Positions 27,917-39,693 of a stretch of 64,000 nt of DNA are shown here, one piece after another. The DNA lies in NCBI GenBank assembly GCA_965205975.1, contig OZ242195.1, forward strand, positions 3,840,001-3,904,000, written 5' to 3'. The position numbers were made by a program, and so were the translations under genes. This stretch comes from Candidatus Latescibacterota bacterium. Lineage in GTDB: Bacteria > Latescibacterota > UBA2968. The notes below the pieces were generated by a model. That model made no database searches. It saw only the letters and a list, made by a program, of their open reading frames with translations, and was not told the DNA's origin. Each line of letters starts with the position of its first letter. Positions within the stretch are counted from its first letter, which is position 1.

Positions 27917-28504
27917 TCACCAAATCTCATCCAAATCCAGTTCAAATCCCCGCAAAACGGGATCGCCAGAAATGCGCGAAGGCTGCTCCAACTCCTCTAT
28001 GGGCAAGCCAGCGCGATACACATAAACGCGCCGTGCATAAGGATCGATCAACCACCCCAAACTAAGGCCATTATCGAGATATTCCCGCATCTTTTCCTGC
28101 AATGGAGCCAACTGATCACTTTCCGACCGCAATTCAATGACAAAATCGGGACATAATGGAACAAACTTGCGTCGGTCTTCTGAAGACAATGCCATCAGCC
28201 GCGTATATTCAATCCACGCGGCATCGGGCGACCGCACCGCCCCATTGGGCAACTGAAACCCACCTGACGAATCAAAACTCGCACCCGTACCATCCCCTTT
28301 TGCCCAAAACCGCAACTGCATAGTAATCTCTGCATTGCGCTCGCTCGTCTCACCCCCCGCTGGTGGCATAATAATCACATCTCCCTGCGCATTGCGCTCA
28401 ATGCAAACATCGCGATTGAGTTGGCAAAACGCATAAAAATCCTCATCACTCACCTCGATCACCGGCTGAAAATGCAAGACAGTTTCCATCTTTGCAATCT
28501 CCAT
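27917..28504 (-). CDS. Uma2/DUF820 family endonuclease-like protein
   Basis: 'FDSSGGFQLPNGAVRSPDAAW', 'CPDFVIELRS', 'LGWLIDP'. Confidence 0.9.
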   Translation of the reverse strand: MEIAKMETVLHFQPVIEVSDEDFYAFCQLNRDVCIERNAQGDVIIMPPAGGETSERNAEITMQLRFWAKGDGTGASFDSSGGFQLPNGAVRSPDAAWIEYTRLMALSSEDRRKFVPLCPDFVIELRSESDQLAPLQEKMREYLDNGLSLGWLIDPYARRVYVYRAGLPIEELEQPSRISGDPVLRGFELDLDEIW

Positions 28505-31185
28505 TATTGATCCTTCAAAAAACCCCGCAACACCGTATGCAAAATCCCCCCATTGCGATAATAATCGATCTCCACAGGCGTATCGATACGCACCGTTGCA
28601 GAAAACGACTTCACATTCCCATCCTCATCCGTCGCCGTCACCGTCACATCTTGCAAAGGCTGCAAATCATCGCTCAGCCCGGTAATGTCATACACCTCCC
28701 GCCCCGTAAGCCCCAGCGACTCGGCATTCTCCCCATCCACAAACTCCAGCGGCAACACCCCCATACCCACCAGATTGCTGCGGTGAATGCGTTCAAAACT
28801 CTCCACAAGCACTGCGCGCACACCCAAAAGTAACGGACCCTTAGCCGCCCAATCGCGCGACGACCCCGAACCGTACTCCGCGCCCGCAATCACAATCGTC
28901 GGCACGCCCTCATCCACATACCGCATCGCCGCATCGTAAATACTCATCTGTTCACCCGAAGGCAGATGCACCGTCACGCCGCCCTCTGTCCCTGGCGCCA
29001 GCGAATTGCGAATGCGAATATTCGCAAACGTACCCCGCATCATCACCTCGTGATTGCCCCGCCGCGAACCATAAGAATTGAAATCCTTTGGCTCAACCCC
29101 CTTTGAAATCAAAAACTGCCCCGCCGGACTATCCACCGCAATCGAACCCGCCGGAGAAATATGATCCGTCGTCACCGAATCGCCCAACCGCGCCAACACC
29201 CGCGCACCTCTAATATCTGTAATCGCGTCTAACTCCGGCGACAAATCCACAAAAAACGGCGGCTCCTGCACATAAGTACTCTCCGCCTGCCACCCATAGA
29301 GATCTCCTTCTTGCCCGCCAACCGCATTCCACATCTCATTGCCTTCAAACACATTGCCGTAGCGCGCCTCAAACATATCCGGTTTGAGCGCCCTTGCAAT
29401 CGTATCACCGATCTCATCCTGACTGGGCCAGAGATCGCGCAAAAACACCGCATTGCCATCCCCATCCAGCCCTATCGGCTCCGCAGTCAAATCCAAATCC
29501 ACCCGCCCCGCCAGAGCATAAGCCACAACCAGCGGTGGCGACGCCAGATAATTCGCCTTCACATGCGGATGCACACGACCTTCAAAGTTGCGATTGCCAC
29601 TCAACACCGACGCCGCCACCAGATCATCCTCGTGAATCGCGGCAACCACCGGATCGGGCAACGGCCCGCTATTTCCGATACACGTCGTACAACCATAACC
29701 CACCGTATGAAACCCGAGTTGCTCCAAATACGGCGTCAAACCCGCCTGATCGAGATAATCCGACACCACGCGCGAACCCGGCGCCAGACTCGTCTTGACA
29801 TGTGCGTGGACCTTCAAGCCCTTTTCCACCGCCTTCTTCGCCAACAAACCAGCGGCCACCATCACAGAGGGATTGCTCGTATTGGTACAACTCGTAATCG
29901 CCGCAATCACCACTGCCCCGTGCCCCAGCACGCCATTCATCCTCTTTTGAACCTCATCATCATCCAGCCCAAAACCACTATTGCCCACCGGTGCGCGCAA
30001 CGCGCCTTCAAACGCATCCTTCATCTGCTCCAGTGCAATGCGATCCTGCGGGCGTTTTGGACCCGCCAAGCTCGGCTCCACCGTACTCAAATCCAGTTCA
30101 AGCGTATCCGTAAACTGCGGCTCCGGCGTATCATCCGTTCGGAACAACCCCTGCTCCTTCGCGTACCGCTCAACCACATCCACCTCCGCCGCCGTGCGAC
30201 CCGTGCGCGCCAAATAACGCAACGTCTCATCATCCACCGGGAAAAACCCCATCGTCGCCCCGTATTCCGGCGCCATATTGGCAATCGTCGCGCGATCAGC
30301 CAGCCCAATACCCGTCAACCCCGTACCGTAAAACTCGACAAACTTATCCACCACGCCCTTCTCGCGCAACATCTGAACCACCGTCAACGTCAAATCCGTC
30401 GCCGTCGTACCCTCGGGCAACTGCCCATCCAACTTGAACCCGACAACCTCGGGCGTCAGCATATAAATCGGCTGCCCCAGCATCACCGCCTCTGCCTCAA
30501 TACCCCCCACACCCCAGCCCACCACACCCAGACCATTAATCATCGTCGTATGTGAATCTGCCCCCACCAGACTATCGGGAAAAGCCACCCCATCCCGGGC
30601 AATAACCCCCTTTGCCAGATACTCGAGATTGACCTGATGCACAATACCCGTCAGCGGCGGCACCACCCTGAAACGCTCAAACGCATTGGCACCCCAGCGC
30701 AAAAACTCATACCGCTCCCGATTGCGATCAAACTCAATCTCTGCATTTCTGCGCAACGCATCCGAATTTGCAAAACTATCCACCTGTACCGAATGATCCA
30801 CCACCAGATCCACCGGAATCAACGGCTCAACGCGACTTGCATCGCCTCCCATACGCCCCATAGCCGAACGCAACGCCGCCAGATCCACCAGCGAAGGCAC
30901 ACCCGTAAAATCCTGCAACACAACCCGTGCAGGCTTAAACGGTATCTCTATCGGATTGGGATCCGCCGCATTCCAATTCGCCAGCGTCCCCACATCTTCT
31001 TCGCGCACCTGATACCCATCCAAATTTCGCAGCGCCGCCTCGAGCAGCACCCGCACGGAAAACGGCAAAGTCGATACTGCCCCAACCCCATCAACCTCCA
31101 ACCGATCCAGCCGAAAAATTGCGAGATCACCCGCCATAGTAGAAAGTGTATCGCGCGAATTCAAAGGATTATGCGTTTGACTCAT
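28504..31185 (-). CDS. acnA: Aconitate hydratase A
   Basis: [50 protein letters not shown]. Confidence 0.98.
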   Translation of the reverse strand: MSQTHNPLNSRDTLSTMAGDLAIFRLDRLEVDGVGAVSTLPFSVRVLLEAALRNLDGYQVREEDVGTLANWNAADPNPIEIPFKPARVVLQDFTGVPSLVDLAALRSAMGRMGGDASRVEPLIPVDLVVDHSVQVDSFANSDALRRNAEIEFDRNRERYEFLRWGANAFERFRVVPPLTGIVHQVNLEYLAKGVIARDGVAFPDSLVGADSHTTMINGLGVVGWGVGGIEAEAVMLGQPIYMLTPEVVGFKLDGQLPEGTTATDLTLTVVQMLREKGVVDKFVEFYGTGLTGIGLADRATIANMAPEYGATMGFFPVDDETLRYLARTGRTAAEVDVVERYAKEQGLFRTDDTPEPQFTDTLELDLSTVEPSLAGPKRPQDRIALEQMKDAFEGALRAPVGNSGFGLDDDEVQKRMNGVLGHGAVVIAAITSCTNTSNPSVMVAAGLLAKKAVEKGLKVHAHVKTSLAPGSRVVSDYLDQAGLTPYLEQLGFHTVGYGCTTCIGNSGPLPDPVVAAIHEDDLVAASVLSGNRNFEGRVHPHVKANYLASPPLVVAYALAGRVDLDLTAEPIGLDGDGNAVFLRDLWPSQDEIGDTIARALKPDMFEARYGNVFEGNEMWNAVGGQEGDLYGWQAESTYVQEPPFFVDLSPELDAITDIRGARVLARLGDSVTTDHISPAGSIAVDSPAGQFLISKGVEPKDFNSYGSRRGNHEVMMRGTFANIRIRNSLAPGTEGGVTVHLPSGEQMSIYDAAMRYVDEGVPTIVIAGAEYGSGSSRDWAAKGPLLLGVRAVLVESFERIHRSNLVGMGVLPLEFVDGENAESLGLTGREVYDITGLSDDLQPLQDVTVTATDEDGNVKSFSATVRIDTPVEIDYYRNGGILHTVLRGFLKDQ

Positions 31186-31348
31186 AAACTGATTCCTCTT
31201 TTGATGTTATTCATTATCCAGATCGTACCGCTCTTTATACGCCATAAAAATACCCCCTATTAGTGGTTAATTAACAAGAGGTGATATACCAAATCTATGC
31301 GTATAAGTCAATAAAATCAACAAATTATTTGAATATCAAGCTTCAATG

Positions 31349-31582
31349 TCATGGATCGCAAATAGGACGTTCTTTGTAATTGGGTGGCTCTCGAAAACCG
31401 CCCATAGCAACCTTACAAATCGGGAGAGACCCATCATCTTGAAGTATTCTAATCCTCTCTAAACAGAGTTCTTTAGAAGTATTGTCATATGGAGAAATTT
31501 TTAGAGGTCCTCCAGTTCTATGTAAAATCCAATACCACTTATCCATGTAATCATAGAAGTATATCGCTATGAATTCCAGCAT
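31349..31582 (-). CDS. Small hypothetical protein (low-GC patch)
   Basis: SD AAGGAGG upstream; follows the 31598 ORF. Confidence 0.4.
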   Translation of the reverse strand: MLEFIAIYFYDYMDKWYWILHRTGGPLKISPYDNTSKELCLERIRILQDDGSLPICKVAMGGFREPPNYKERPICDP

Positions 31583-31597
31583 CTCTAACCTCCTTAT

Positions 31598-31816
31598 CTA
31601 AGGAAGCCACTTAATAAGTGCAACAATAACAGCAAGACCTCCAAATATCACTGTGAGCATCCATTTAGCGGAAATATCCATACGACTTGTCAGCTCACTT
31701 CGCATCTCTTTTATATCTTCCCGAATGCCTGAAACTTGCTCCTTGATGATCTCAACATTGATCTCTACATCTCTTTCCAATTTAGTTAATCGGTGTTCTA
31801 CCTCTTGATCATTCAT
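31598..31816 (-). CDS. Small coiled-coil protein with a C-terminal TM helix
   Basis: Heptad pattern then 'WMLTVIFGGLAVIVALIKWLP'; SD GGGGAG. Confidence 0.65.
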   Translation of the reverse strand: MNDQEVEHRLTKLERDVEINVEIIKEQVSGIREDIKEMRSELTSRMDISAKWMLTVIFGGLAVIVALIKWLP

Positions 31817-31958
31817 TTGTTACTCCCCTTAGTGTGAAAAAGGTGCTGAATTATATAAGGTAACGAAACCATTATACACTGTCAACACCTCCAACATCTT
31901 TAACCTATCTGACCGATAAAGGTTACTAAAGTATATCGTTCCCGTCGGATGATCGTCT

Positions 31959-32087
31959 TCAACGTACGCGCTCAAAGGCGGTATCATCTTCAGCAATGGT
32001 CTCTTCTTCTGTCCGGGATTCGACATGGTCAATGACCTCCTGGACGCGCTTCTGATTCCAACCCTCGGGATATTTATTTTTATCCAT
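31959..32087 (-). CDS. 42-aa hypothetical protein or gene fragment (below the ORF-track cutoff)
   Basis: Hand translation MDKNKYPEGWNQKRVQEVIDHVESRTEEETIAEDDTAFERVR. Confidence 0.4.
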   Translation of the reverse strand: MDKNKYPEGWNQKRVQEVIDHVESRTEEETIAEDDTAFERVR

Positions 32088-32299
32088 AGTTAAAGAAAAA
32101 TACCACAACAACCCGTATTTTCAAACTCTTTTTGTACGCTTCGCACTTGATTGGATTGGGAAGAATATATATTTTCTCTCGTTGCAGATTGTAAGGGCGA
32201 GGCATGCCTCGCCCCTACGGTTGCTTCACACTTCACGGACCCTCTTTTTTATTTGCATTCATCTGCGTTCATCTGCGTTCATCTGCGGATCACACTTCC

Positions 32300-33880
32300 A
32301 TGACCAACCAACGCTTTGTCGCACTCATCATCCTCGACGGCTGGGGATTAAACCCGCGCCGGGACCACAACGCCGTGGCCCTTGCCAGCACCCCGACAAT
32401 GGACCGCATCTGGGCCAACTACGCCCACACCACCCTCAACACTTCGGGACGCGCAGTCGGACTACCCGACGGGTTAATGGGCAACTCCGAAGTCGGCCAC
32501 CTCAACCTCGGTGCGGGACGCACCGTCATGCAAGCCATGACCCAGATCGACGACCGCATACGAGACGGCAGCCTGTACAAAAACGAAGCCTTAATCGCCG
32601 CCATAGACCGCATCAAAAACCACAACCGCAACCTCCACCTCATCGGCCTCGTCTCCGACGGCGGCGTACACTCATGGCCCGGACACTACGAGGGCCTCAT
32701 CAAAATGGCAGCCGAGCGCGGCCTTCCCTCAAACCGCCTCTTCATCCACGCCTTCACAGACGGACGCGACACACCGCCCCAAAGTGCAATCCACCGCATG
32801 CGCGAACTCCTCGCCATGTTCAAAACCCATGGCATTGGCCGCGTCGCATCCATATCCGGGCGATATTACGCCATGGACCGCGACCACCGCTGGGAACGCA
32901 CCCAAATAGCCTATGACCTCCTCACACAGGGCAAAGGCATCGCAGAAACCGACCCCATCACAGCCATACAAAACGCCTATAACAGGGGTGAAACCGACGA
33001 ATTTATCAAACCCATCGCCATCGCCGGCAACCCCACCATAAAAGACGGAGACAGCGTCATCTTCTTCAACTTCCGCGGCGACAGACCCCGGCAACTCACC
33101 CGTGCCTTTACACTCAAAGACTTCGACGGCTTTCAACGCCATATCAGGCCCAGCGTACACTTCACCACCCTCACCCGATACGAAGCCGACGTACCCGTCA
33201 CCGGCATCGCGTACCCCCCCGAAACCCTCTCGCAAAACATGCCCAACATCTGCGGATCGGTCATCGCCCGGGCCAACAAACGACAACTACGCATCGCAGA
33301 AACAGAAAAATACGCCCACGTCACCTTCTTCTTCAACGGCCAACGGGAAACACCCTTTGACGGCGAAGAACGCATCCTCGTACCATCGCCCAAAGACGTC
33401 CCCACCTACGACCACAAACCCGAAATGAGCGCCTCTGAAATCGCAGACCGATTCACAGAAGCCATTGCATCCAACCAATACGACGCCGCAATATGCAACT
33501 TTGCCAACCCCGACATGGTGGGCCACACCGGCATCCTCGAAGCCGCCATACAGGCCGTCACCACCGTTGACACCTGCCTGGACCGCGTCCTCAAAGCCAT
33601 AGAAAACGCAAACGGCGCAGCCATCGTCACCGCTGACCACGGCAACGCCGAACAAATGCTACATTACAACACCGGCGAACCCCACACCGCACACACCACC
33701 AACCCCGTACCCTTTGTACTCGTTGACCCCACCTACAAGGGAAAACTGCGCGACGGTGGCACCTTGCGCGACGTCGCCCCCACCCTGCTCGCCCTCCTCA
33801 ACCTGCCAAAACCCGATGAAATGACTGGAAAGGATCTAAGGCAAAAGCAACCACCGATAAACACAGATGGACACAGATGA
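32300..33880 (+). CDS. gpmI: 2,3-bisphosphoglycerate-independent phosphoglycerate mutase
   Basis: IILDGWG, MGNSEVGH, DGRDT, GRYYAMDRD, AETEKYAHVTFF, DMVGHTG, TADHGNAE. Confidence 0.97.
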   Translation: MTNQRFVALIILDGWGLNPRRDHNAVALASTPTMDRIWANYAHTTLNTSGRAVGLPDGLMGNSEVGHLNLGAGRTVMQAMTQIDDRIRDGSLYKNEALIAAIDRIKNHNRNLHLIGLVSDGGVHSWPGHYEGLIKMAAERGLPSNRLFIHAFTDGRDTPPQSAIHRMRELLAMFKTHGIGRVASISGRYYAMDRDHRWERTQIAYDLLTQGKGIAETDPITAIQNAYNRGETDEFIKPIAIAGNPTIKDGDSVIFFNFRGDRPRQLTRAFTLKDFDGFQRHIRPSVHFTTLTRYEADVPVTGIAYPPETLSQNMPNICGSVIARANKRQLRIAETEKYAHVTFFFNGQRETPFDGEERILVPSPKDVPTYDHKPEMSASEIADRFTEAIASNQYDAAICNFANPDMVGHTGILEAAIQAVTTVDTCLDRVLKAIENANGAAIVTADHGNAEQMLHYNTGEPHTAHTTNPVPFVLVDPTYKGKLRDGGTLRDVAPTLLALLNLPKPDEMTGKDLRQKQPPINTDGHR

Positions 33881-34074
33881 CAATCAAAACCAACGGCAAA
33901 AACTTCTGGATCACGGCTTTAAGCATGCCGCGATGACGGCTTTGTTTATGGAGCGGGAAAAGGATTTCCCTCCTACGGGACGGCACGACAGCACGGGGAC
34001 CGTCCCCTACAACATACTGGATCTCGCCTCTTGCCTTTTATCCGTGTTTATCCGTGTTCATCGGTGGTTGCATT

Positions 34075-35499
34075 TCAACTGTATTCCTCCCAAACCGGAA
34101 TCGTCCCCGCAGTTGAGCCATCTTTCACCAGAAGCTGTTCGCCATCTGTAAAACCTTCTGGACGCCCGACCAATTCCCCAATAAGACGAGACCGCCACAT
34201 CGCGACCTCATCTGCCCACCCCGGATCATCCGCCAGATTACTCATCTCGCAGGGATCATTTTCCACATCGAAAAACAGCTCTCGCCCCTGTCCTGGCAAA
34301 TAAGCGAACTTGCGCTTGCCATCCGTCACATATTGCATCCCGCTATTCGACGTAGGCACACTCGCGCACTCGCCGTGAACATAATCTCGCCACGCCGCTT
34401 GTGAATCGCGAATAATCGGCAACACACTCTCCCCATCCACCGTATCCGGAACCGGAACGCCCACCGCATCGAGCAACGTCGGCATAATATCCATCAACTC
34501 TACCGGACGATCAATCACCTGCTCCTGCGGCAACCTCAAACTATCGGGAAACTTCATCAACAACGGAACCCGCGCAGACGGCTCAAAAGGATTGCGCTTT
34601 CGCAACCACTGATGATCCCCCAACATCTCCCCGTGATCAGAAGCAAACACCACAATCGTATTGTCCGGCAACACGCGACCACTAACCAGACGTGCGATCT
34701 GGTGATCGATATGCTCGACACACCCGTAATAACCCGCCCGCGTCGCCTTCATAACTGGCGGATCCAAACACAACCGCCAGCACTCCGGCTGCAACCCCCG
34801 CACAGGACCGTCAAAAACCCGCGCCCAATCCCCCACATAAGGCTCTGGCAAATCCATCGCCATATACTTATCAAAATAATGTGCGGGCGGCGTAACCGGC
34901 TGGTGCGGATGGATAAAATTGACCGCCAAAAACCACGGCTGATCCCCCCTTTGCGAATCGATAAACTCCAGCCCCTTCTGCGTACACCAGTTGGTAAAAT
35001 GCAAATGCTCATCCAAATGCCACGGACGCCCTGGAAAACCATTGCTATACATCCCGTGCGCATCGGAAGCGCGGTGCCACGCCGCACCATTCTCGCGCAC
35101 ATATTTCTGATAATCATTATCAGCCCCTGAAATCGGACTATCCGCCCATTCCGCAGAATCAAACCCCAGTTCCCTCGCAGGCGGACCCCAGTGCGCCTTG
35201 CCGGACAGATGGGTGCGATACCCCGCATCGCGCAAAACCCCGGGCAAAGTCGGCCACGGCAGCGGTGCTTTGGCATTTTGAAGCGCACCGTGATTGCTCG
35301 GCTTGCGCCCCGTAATCACCGTACGGCGAGCCGGCACACACACCGGACAAGCCGAATAAGCGTGGCGAAAACGCACTCCCGACGCAGCCATAAAATCCAG
35401 ATTCGGCGTCTGCAACACGGGATGGCCCTCAATACCCAGACAATCGCCGCGCTGCTGATCCGTCATAATAAGTAAAATATTTGGTCTCTTATCTGGCAT
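34075..35499 (-). CDS. Sulfatase
   Basis: PNILLIMTDQQR, CVPAR, SDHGEMLGDH. Confidence 0.93.
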   Translation of the reverse strand: MPDKRPNILLIMTDQQRGDCLGIEGHPVLQTPNLDFMAASGVRFRHAYSACPVCVPARRTVITGRKPSNHGALQNAKAPLPWPTLPGVLRDAGYRTHLSGKAHWGPPARELGFDSAEWADSPISGADNDYQKYVRENGAAWHRASDAHGMYSNGFPGRPWHLDEHLHFTNWCTQKGLEFIDSQRGDQPWFLAVNFIHPHQPVTPPAHYFDKYMAMDLPEPYVGDWARVFDGPVRGLQPECWRLCLDPPVMKATRAGYYGCVEHIDHQIARLVSGRVLPDNTIVVFASDHGEMLGDHQWLRKRNPFEPSARVPLLMKFPDSLRLPQEQVIDRPVELMDIMPTLLDAVGVPVPDTVDGESVLPIIRDSQAAWRDYVHGECASVPTSNSGMQYVTDGKRKFAYLPGQGRELFFDVENDPCEMSNLADDPGWADEVAMWRSRLIGELVGRPEGFTDGEQLLVKDGSTAGTIPVWEEYS

Positions 35500-36217
35500 T
35501 ATAATCTCCTTTTTGAAAATGATGCATACAAATCGCGGCGGCAGCAGACACATTCAGAGACCCGATAGCACCGCGAGGGACAATGCGACATATTTCATCG
35601 CACTTATCGCGCGTCAGGCGTCGCATCCCGCTCTCCTCATTCCCCAGCACCAGAAGCCAGGAGCGATCCGCCGAAAACGCACCCAAATCCTTCTCCGCAT
35701 GCTCAGAAGTCCCCAAAACCCACAAACCCGCATCCTTCGCCACATCCAACGCCCGGCTCAAATTGGTCTGAACAGAAAACGGAACATACTCGACACCCCC
35801 CGAAGCAACATCGTACGCCGCGCCGCTCATCGGAGCGGAACGATCTCGGGTAAGCAAAACACCGCGCACCCCAAAAAAAGCCGCCGTGCGAAAAACCGCC
35901 CCCAGATTTTGCGGATCCTGAACCGTATCCAGCGCCAAAAAAAGACCCGCATTATCGGCAAACAGCTCCGCGAGATCACAACCCGGATGTTCTTTAACCG
36001 CAGCTTCTGCGTCTCCTCCGCGAGATCGATCCTGCCGCACAGCCCCCTGTTCGCTCCTCCCGAAAAACACGCGCACACCGACCTCCTCTGCCCGTTCCCG
36101 CACAGTACTCCACACGCTACCGCCCTGTTTGGCAGGCAATCGAATCTCGAAAATATCCTGCGGACGCTTTTCTATCACCGCCAGAATACTGTGCGGATTT
36201 TTGAGATAAATCGGCAT
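35489..36217 (-). CDS. TrmH/SpoU-family RNA 2'-O-methyltransferase (RlmB-like)
   Basis: LDTVQDPQNLGAVFRTA, LGNEESG, SLNVSAA. Confidence 0.9.
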   Translation of the reverse strand: MPIYLKNPHSILAVIEKRPQDIFEIRLPAKQGGSVWSTVRERAEEVGVRVFFGRSEQGAVRQDRSRGGDAEAAVKEHPGCDLAELFADNAGLFLALDTVQDPQNLGAVFRTAAFFGVRGVLLTRDRSAPMSGAAYDVASGGVEYVPFSVQTNLSRALDVAKDAGLWVLGTSEHAEKDLGAFSADRSWLLVLGNEESGMRRLTRDKCDEICRIVPRGAIGSLNVSAAAAICMHHFQKGDYNAR

Positions 36218-36224
36218 ACGATCT

Positions 36225-36710
36225 CTATTTGCTCTCAAACCTATCGACTCTCGGCACGCGCTTCTCCAACTCAATCTGTGACGTGACGGACTTTGTTCCA
36301 GCGCCGTAAAAATAAACCAGATGCCCACCCGTATATCCCGCCGCGCACACCAGACCCGCGGTAACAAGACCGAAAACGAGATACACATAGCGAACAAACC
36401 CGACAAATTTCTTTTTTAAAACAAAATGCGTGCGCACCAGCGCCAGAGCAAAAGCGAGGAACGTCGTAACCGTACCCAGCGTATCGTGATCCTCTAAATC
36501 TGCGGCAATACCATCGATATACTGCGCAACCTCGGCCGCACTATCCCCGGTAAGCACGACTGGAATCGCGGTCAAAGCACCAAGCGAAAAAAGCAAATAC
36601 CCCGCTCGCACAAAAAAGTCGCGATGACGTAATACCCCAACAGCATCGCAAACAACGCCGATGATCAGCAATACAATGGGAAAATGTGCAACAAGAGGAT
36701 GAATATCCAT
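36225..36710 (-). CDS. DUF2231 membrane protein
   Basis: HPLVAHFPI...GYTGGHLVY. Confidence 0.85.
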   Translation of the reverse strand: MDIHPLVAHFPIVLLIIGVVCDAVGVLRHRDFFVRAGYLLFSLGALTAIPVVLTGDSAAEVAQYIDGIAADLEDHDTLGTVTTFLAFALALVRTHFVLKKKFVGFVRYVYLVFGLVTAGLVCAAGYTGGHLVYFYGAGTKSVTSQIELEKRVPRVDRFESK

Positions 36711-36806
36711 AACAAAATAAAAAAACTATTTCAATCTCGCGAAAAATCCATTACAATGGGCGGGTTAAAATACAAACAAACAAGACCTGCGACAAGGAAG
36801 GATTGC

Positions 36807-38138
36807 ATGAACGACCGACCAAACATCTTATTTATGCACTCGCACAACACCGGAACCTATATCGAACCCTATGGACACGCTGTACCAACGCCACACCTGC
36901 AGCAACTGGCAGAACAAGGCGTCTTATTTCGTCGGGCGTATGCCACAGCCCCCACCTGTTCGCCCAGCAGAGCCAGCTTCTTAACCGGCATGTACCCCCA
37001 CTCCTGCGGCATGACAGGCCTTGCACACCGCGGCTTTGCCATGTCCAATTACGACTGGCATGCAGCCCGCATCTTCAAGACACATGGCTACTTCACCGCA
37101 ACCGCTGGCGTAGAGCATACTGCACCGGACCTGGATACAATTGGATACGACGAAATCCTCTCCGGACTGGACACAAATTACCCCGGACAGCCCAAATGGA
37201 TTGAACCCGCGGATGCCGTCGTAGATTTTTTGCAAAACGCCCCCCAACAACCCTTCTTCTTAAATTTGGGATTAAACGAAACGCACCGGCCATTTCACAG
37301 TGCCAACCCGGACAAACACCCCGCAGAACGCGAACAATACTGCATTCCCCCCCGTCCCCTGCCCGACACACCGGAAACCCGCGCCGACACAGCCGACTAC
37401 AAAGCCTCTGCGCGCATCATGGACAACCACTACGGCAACGTACTCACAGCACTCGAAGAAACCGGCCTATCCGACAACACCCTCGTATTCTGCTTTGCCG
37501 ACCACGGCCTGCAATTTCCGCGCAACATGTGCAACCTGACAGACCACGGCATTGGCGTGTACCTCATCATACGCGGACCGGGCGGATTTGAAGGCGGAAA
37601 AGTCATAAACGCGATGGTCAGCTTAATGGACCTGTTGCCCACCGCATATCGCGCTGCCGGCATAGAAATCCCCGCCCACGTACAGGGAAAATTCCTGCAC
37701 CCTCTGATAAACGAAGACAGCCACCGGGAAGAAATCTTTTCAGAAGTCACCTATCACGCCGCGTATGAACCCATGCGCAGCATCCGCACAGAGCGATACA
37801 AATATATTCGGCGATACGACAACCGCGACAAACTCGTATTGCCCAACGTCGATGACACCCCCACAAAAGCCTTCTTACTCAATCAAAACTGGGAAAATTT
37901 GCCACGCGATCAGGAAATGTTGTACGACCTCATATTTGACCCCGATGAAACTCACAACATCATCGACCGGGAAGACATGGCACCTGTGCGGAAAAACCTG
38001 AGCCATCGAATGCACGCATGGATGGCAGAAACAAATGACCCCCTCTTGCCAGACGGACACATCGCCGCACCGGGCGGTTCGCAGGTCAACAACTCCGATG
38101 GTCGCTCGCCGAATGAGGCGCCGGAGGTCGTGGCGTAG
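36807..38138 (+). CDS. Sulfatase (sulfamidase-like)
   Basis: CSPSRASFLTG, ADHG, LYDL..DP.E. Confidence 0.92.
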   Translation: MNDRPNILFMHSHNTGTYIEPYGHAVPTPHLQQLAEQGVLFRRAYATAPTCSPSRASFLTGMYPHSCGMTGLAHRGFAMSNYDWHAARIFKTHGYFTATAGVEHTAPDLDTIGYDEILSGLDTNYPGQPKWIEPADAVVDFLQNAPQQPFFLNLGLNETHRPFHSANPDKHPAEREQYCIPPRPLPDTPETRADTADYKASARIMDNHYGNVLTALEETGLSDNTLVFCFADHGLQFPRNMCNLTDHGIGVYLIIRGPGGFEGGKVINAMVSLMDLLPTAYRAAGIEIPAHVQGKFLHPLINEDSHREEIFSEVTYHAAYEPMRSIRTERYKYIRRYDNRDKLVLPNVDDTPTKAFLLNQNWENLPRDQEMLYDLIFDPDETHNIIDREDMAPVRKNLSHRMHAWMAETNDPLLPDGHIAAPGGSQVNNSDGRSPNEAPEVVA

Positions 38139-38168
38139 GCTGGATACTTTTTAAAAAGGAGACACCCC

Positions 38169-39266
38169 ATGAAAATGCAAGCATCGCTACTCTATGAACC
38201 GGGCAGGCCATTGGAAGTGGCGGACCTGGACCTGGAAGGACCAAAAGAAGACGAAGTCATGGTACGCATGATCGCCACCGGCGTATGTCACAGTTGTTTA
38301 CACGTCGTAGATGGCAGCTGGACCGGATTTCCAATGCCAATGGTACTCGGCGATGAAGGGGCTGGAATAGTAGAAGAAATAGGACCCGGCGTTCGACATA
38401 TAAAACCCGGCGACCACGTCATCCTATCCTGGGCATCCACATGCGGGCGCTGTCACTACTGCGTAACCGGACTATCGCACCTGTGTGAACGCACTCCGCC
38501 GGGCAAAGGGGTATTAATGGACGGCACATCCAGAATGAAAATAAAAGGCCAAACCGTGTACCATTACGGACCCGCGTGCAGCTACGCCTCATACTCCGTC
38601 ATGCCCGCCTCCTGTGCCGTCCCCATCCGGGAAGACATGCCCCTCGAAGTAGCCGCATTAATCGGCTGTTCGGTCATGACCGGCGTAGGCTCCGTCATCA
38701 ACACCGCCGCCGTAACGCCCGGAGCCAGCATAGCCGTATTCGGCACCGGGGGAATTGGCCTGAACGTCATACAGGGCGGAACCCTCGTACAGGCACACCC
38801 GATAATCGCAGTCGATATCAACCCCGCCAAACTGGAATACGCAAAATCCTTTGGCGCAACACACACCATCGACGCCAGCAAAGAAAATCCGGTCGAAGCC
38901 ATAAAAGACCTCACCGGACGCGGGGCGGATTATTCATTTGTAGCAGTCGGCAACGCGCAAGTCATCAATCAAGCGTGGGACTGTCTGGCATCCAGGGGCC
39001 AGTGTCTGCTCATCGGCCTGCCCCCAACCGGCTCCACCGTGACATTTGACACCGACAACCTCCAATCCAACGAACGCATCCTGCGCGGCTGCAAATACGG
39101 AAGCGCGAGAACCTGGGACGACTTCCCGCGCATGGTAGAACTCTATCTGGCTGGCAAACTAAAAATCGACGAACTCGTAACCCGGCGATTTGATCTCGAA
39201 GGCGCCAACGAAGCATTTGACGCCCTGGCCGCTGGAGAAGTCGCCCGGGGATTGATCGTCTTCTAA
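38169..39266 (+). CDS. Zn-dependent alcohol dehydrogenase
   Basis: GVCHS, GDEGAG, CGRCHYC, GTGGIG. Confidence 0.92.
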   Translation: MKMQASLLYEPGRPLEVADLDLEGPKEDEVMVRMIATGVCHSCLHVVDGSWTGFPMPMVLGDEGAGIVEEIGPGVRHIKPGDHVILSWASTCGRCHYCVTGLSHLCERTPPGKGVLMDGTSRMKIKGQTVYHYGPACSYASYSVMPASCAVPIREDMPLEVAALIGCSVMTGVGSVINTAAVTPGASIAVFGTGGIGLNVIQGGTLVQAHPIIAVDINPAKLEYAKSFGATHTIDASKENPVEAIKDLTGRGADYSFVAVGNAQVINQAWDCLASRGQCLLIGLPPTGSTVTFDTDNLQSNERILRGCKYGSARTWDDFPRMVELYLAGKLKIDELVTRRFDLEGANEAFDALAAGEVARGLIVF

Positions 39267-39689
39267 TTAAAGACTATCTACAGGACTGGAGGCAGGAAAA
39301 ATAGTAGTAATAGCGTGCTGCGTAAGCGAATCTGAAAACGAAACCCGGGGAGAATCGGTCCGGCTCGTATCCATAACAGCAGCCGGCGATTCGGGAGACC
39401 GTGTCGCCGCGGGATCGGGCTGCGACTTGCGGATACCCAAAACCGCAAACAGAACAATCCCCATCGCGAAAGCCATCTGATAAACGGGCAAGCGCACCGG
39501 GAACCTGAAAAAACGCAATACATTGAACCCACCGCGTTCGCGCGCAGACATCTGGGCAACAACAGAATTGCGAATCGCCGGATCCGGTTCAAGACCCCCG
39601 GACCTGGGAACTGCAAGCACCTGGCTCAACATCCCATCTACATCTTTTTTATTATTAAACTCAATAGGAATAACCCGCTTCATATCCAT
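39267..39689 (-). CDS. Putative single-TM anti-sigma factor
   Basis: Directly downstream of the ECF sigma gene; one hydrophobic helix. Confidence 0.55.
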   Translation of the reverse strand: MDMKRVIPIEFNNKKDVDGMLSQVLAVPRSGGLEPDPAIRNSVVAQMSARERGGFNVLRFFRFPVRLPVYQMAFAMGIVLFAVLGIRKSQPDPAATRSPESPAAVMDTSRTDSPRVSFSDSLTQHAITTIFPASSPVDSL

Positions 39690-39693
39690 CTCC

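Noticed and set aside
31829..32032. 67-aa ORF from the track
   Set aside because: It overlaps a more protein-like 42-aa ORF in another frame and has no recognisable features.
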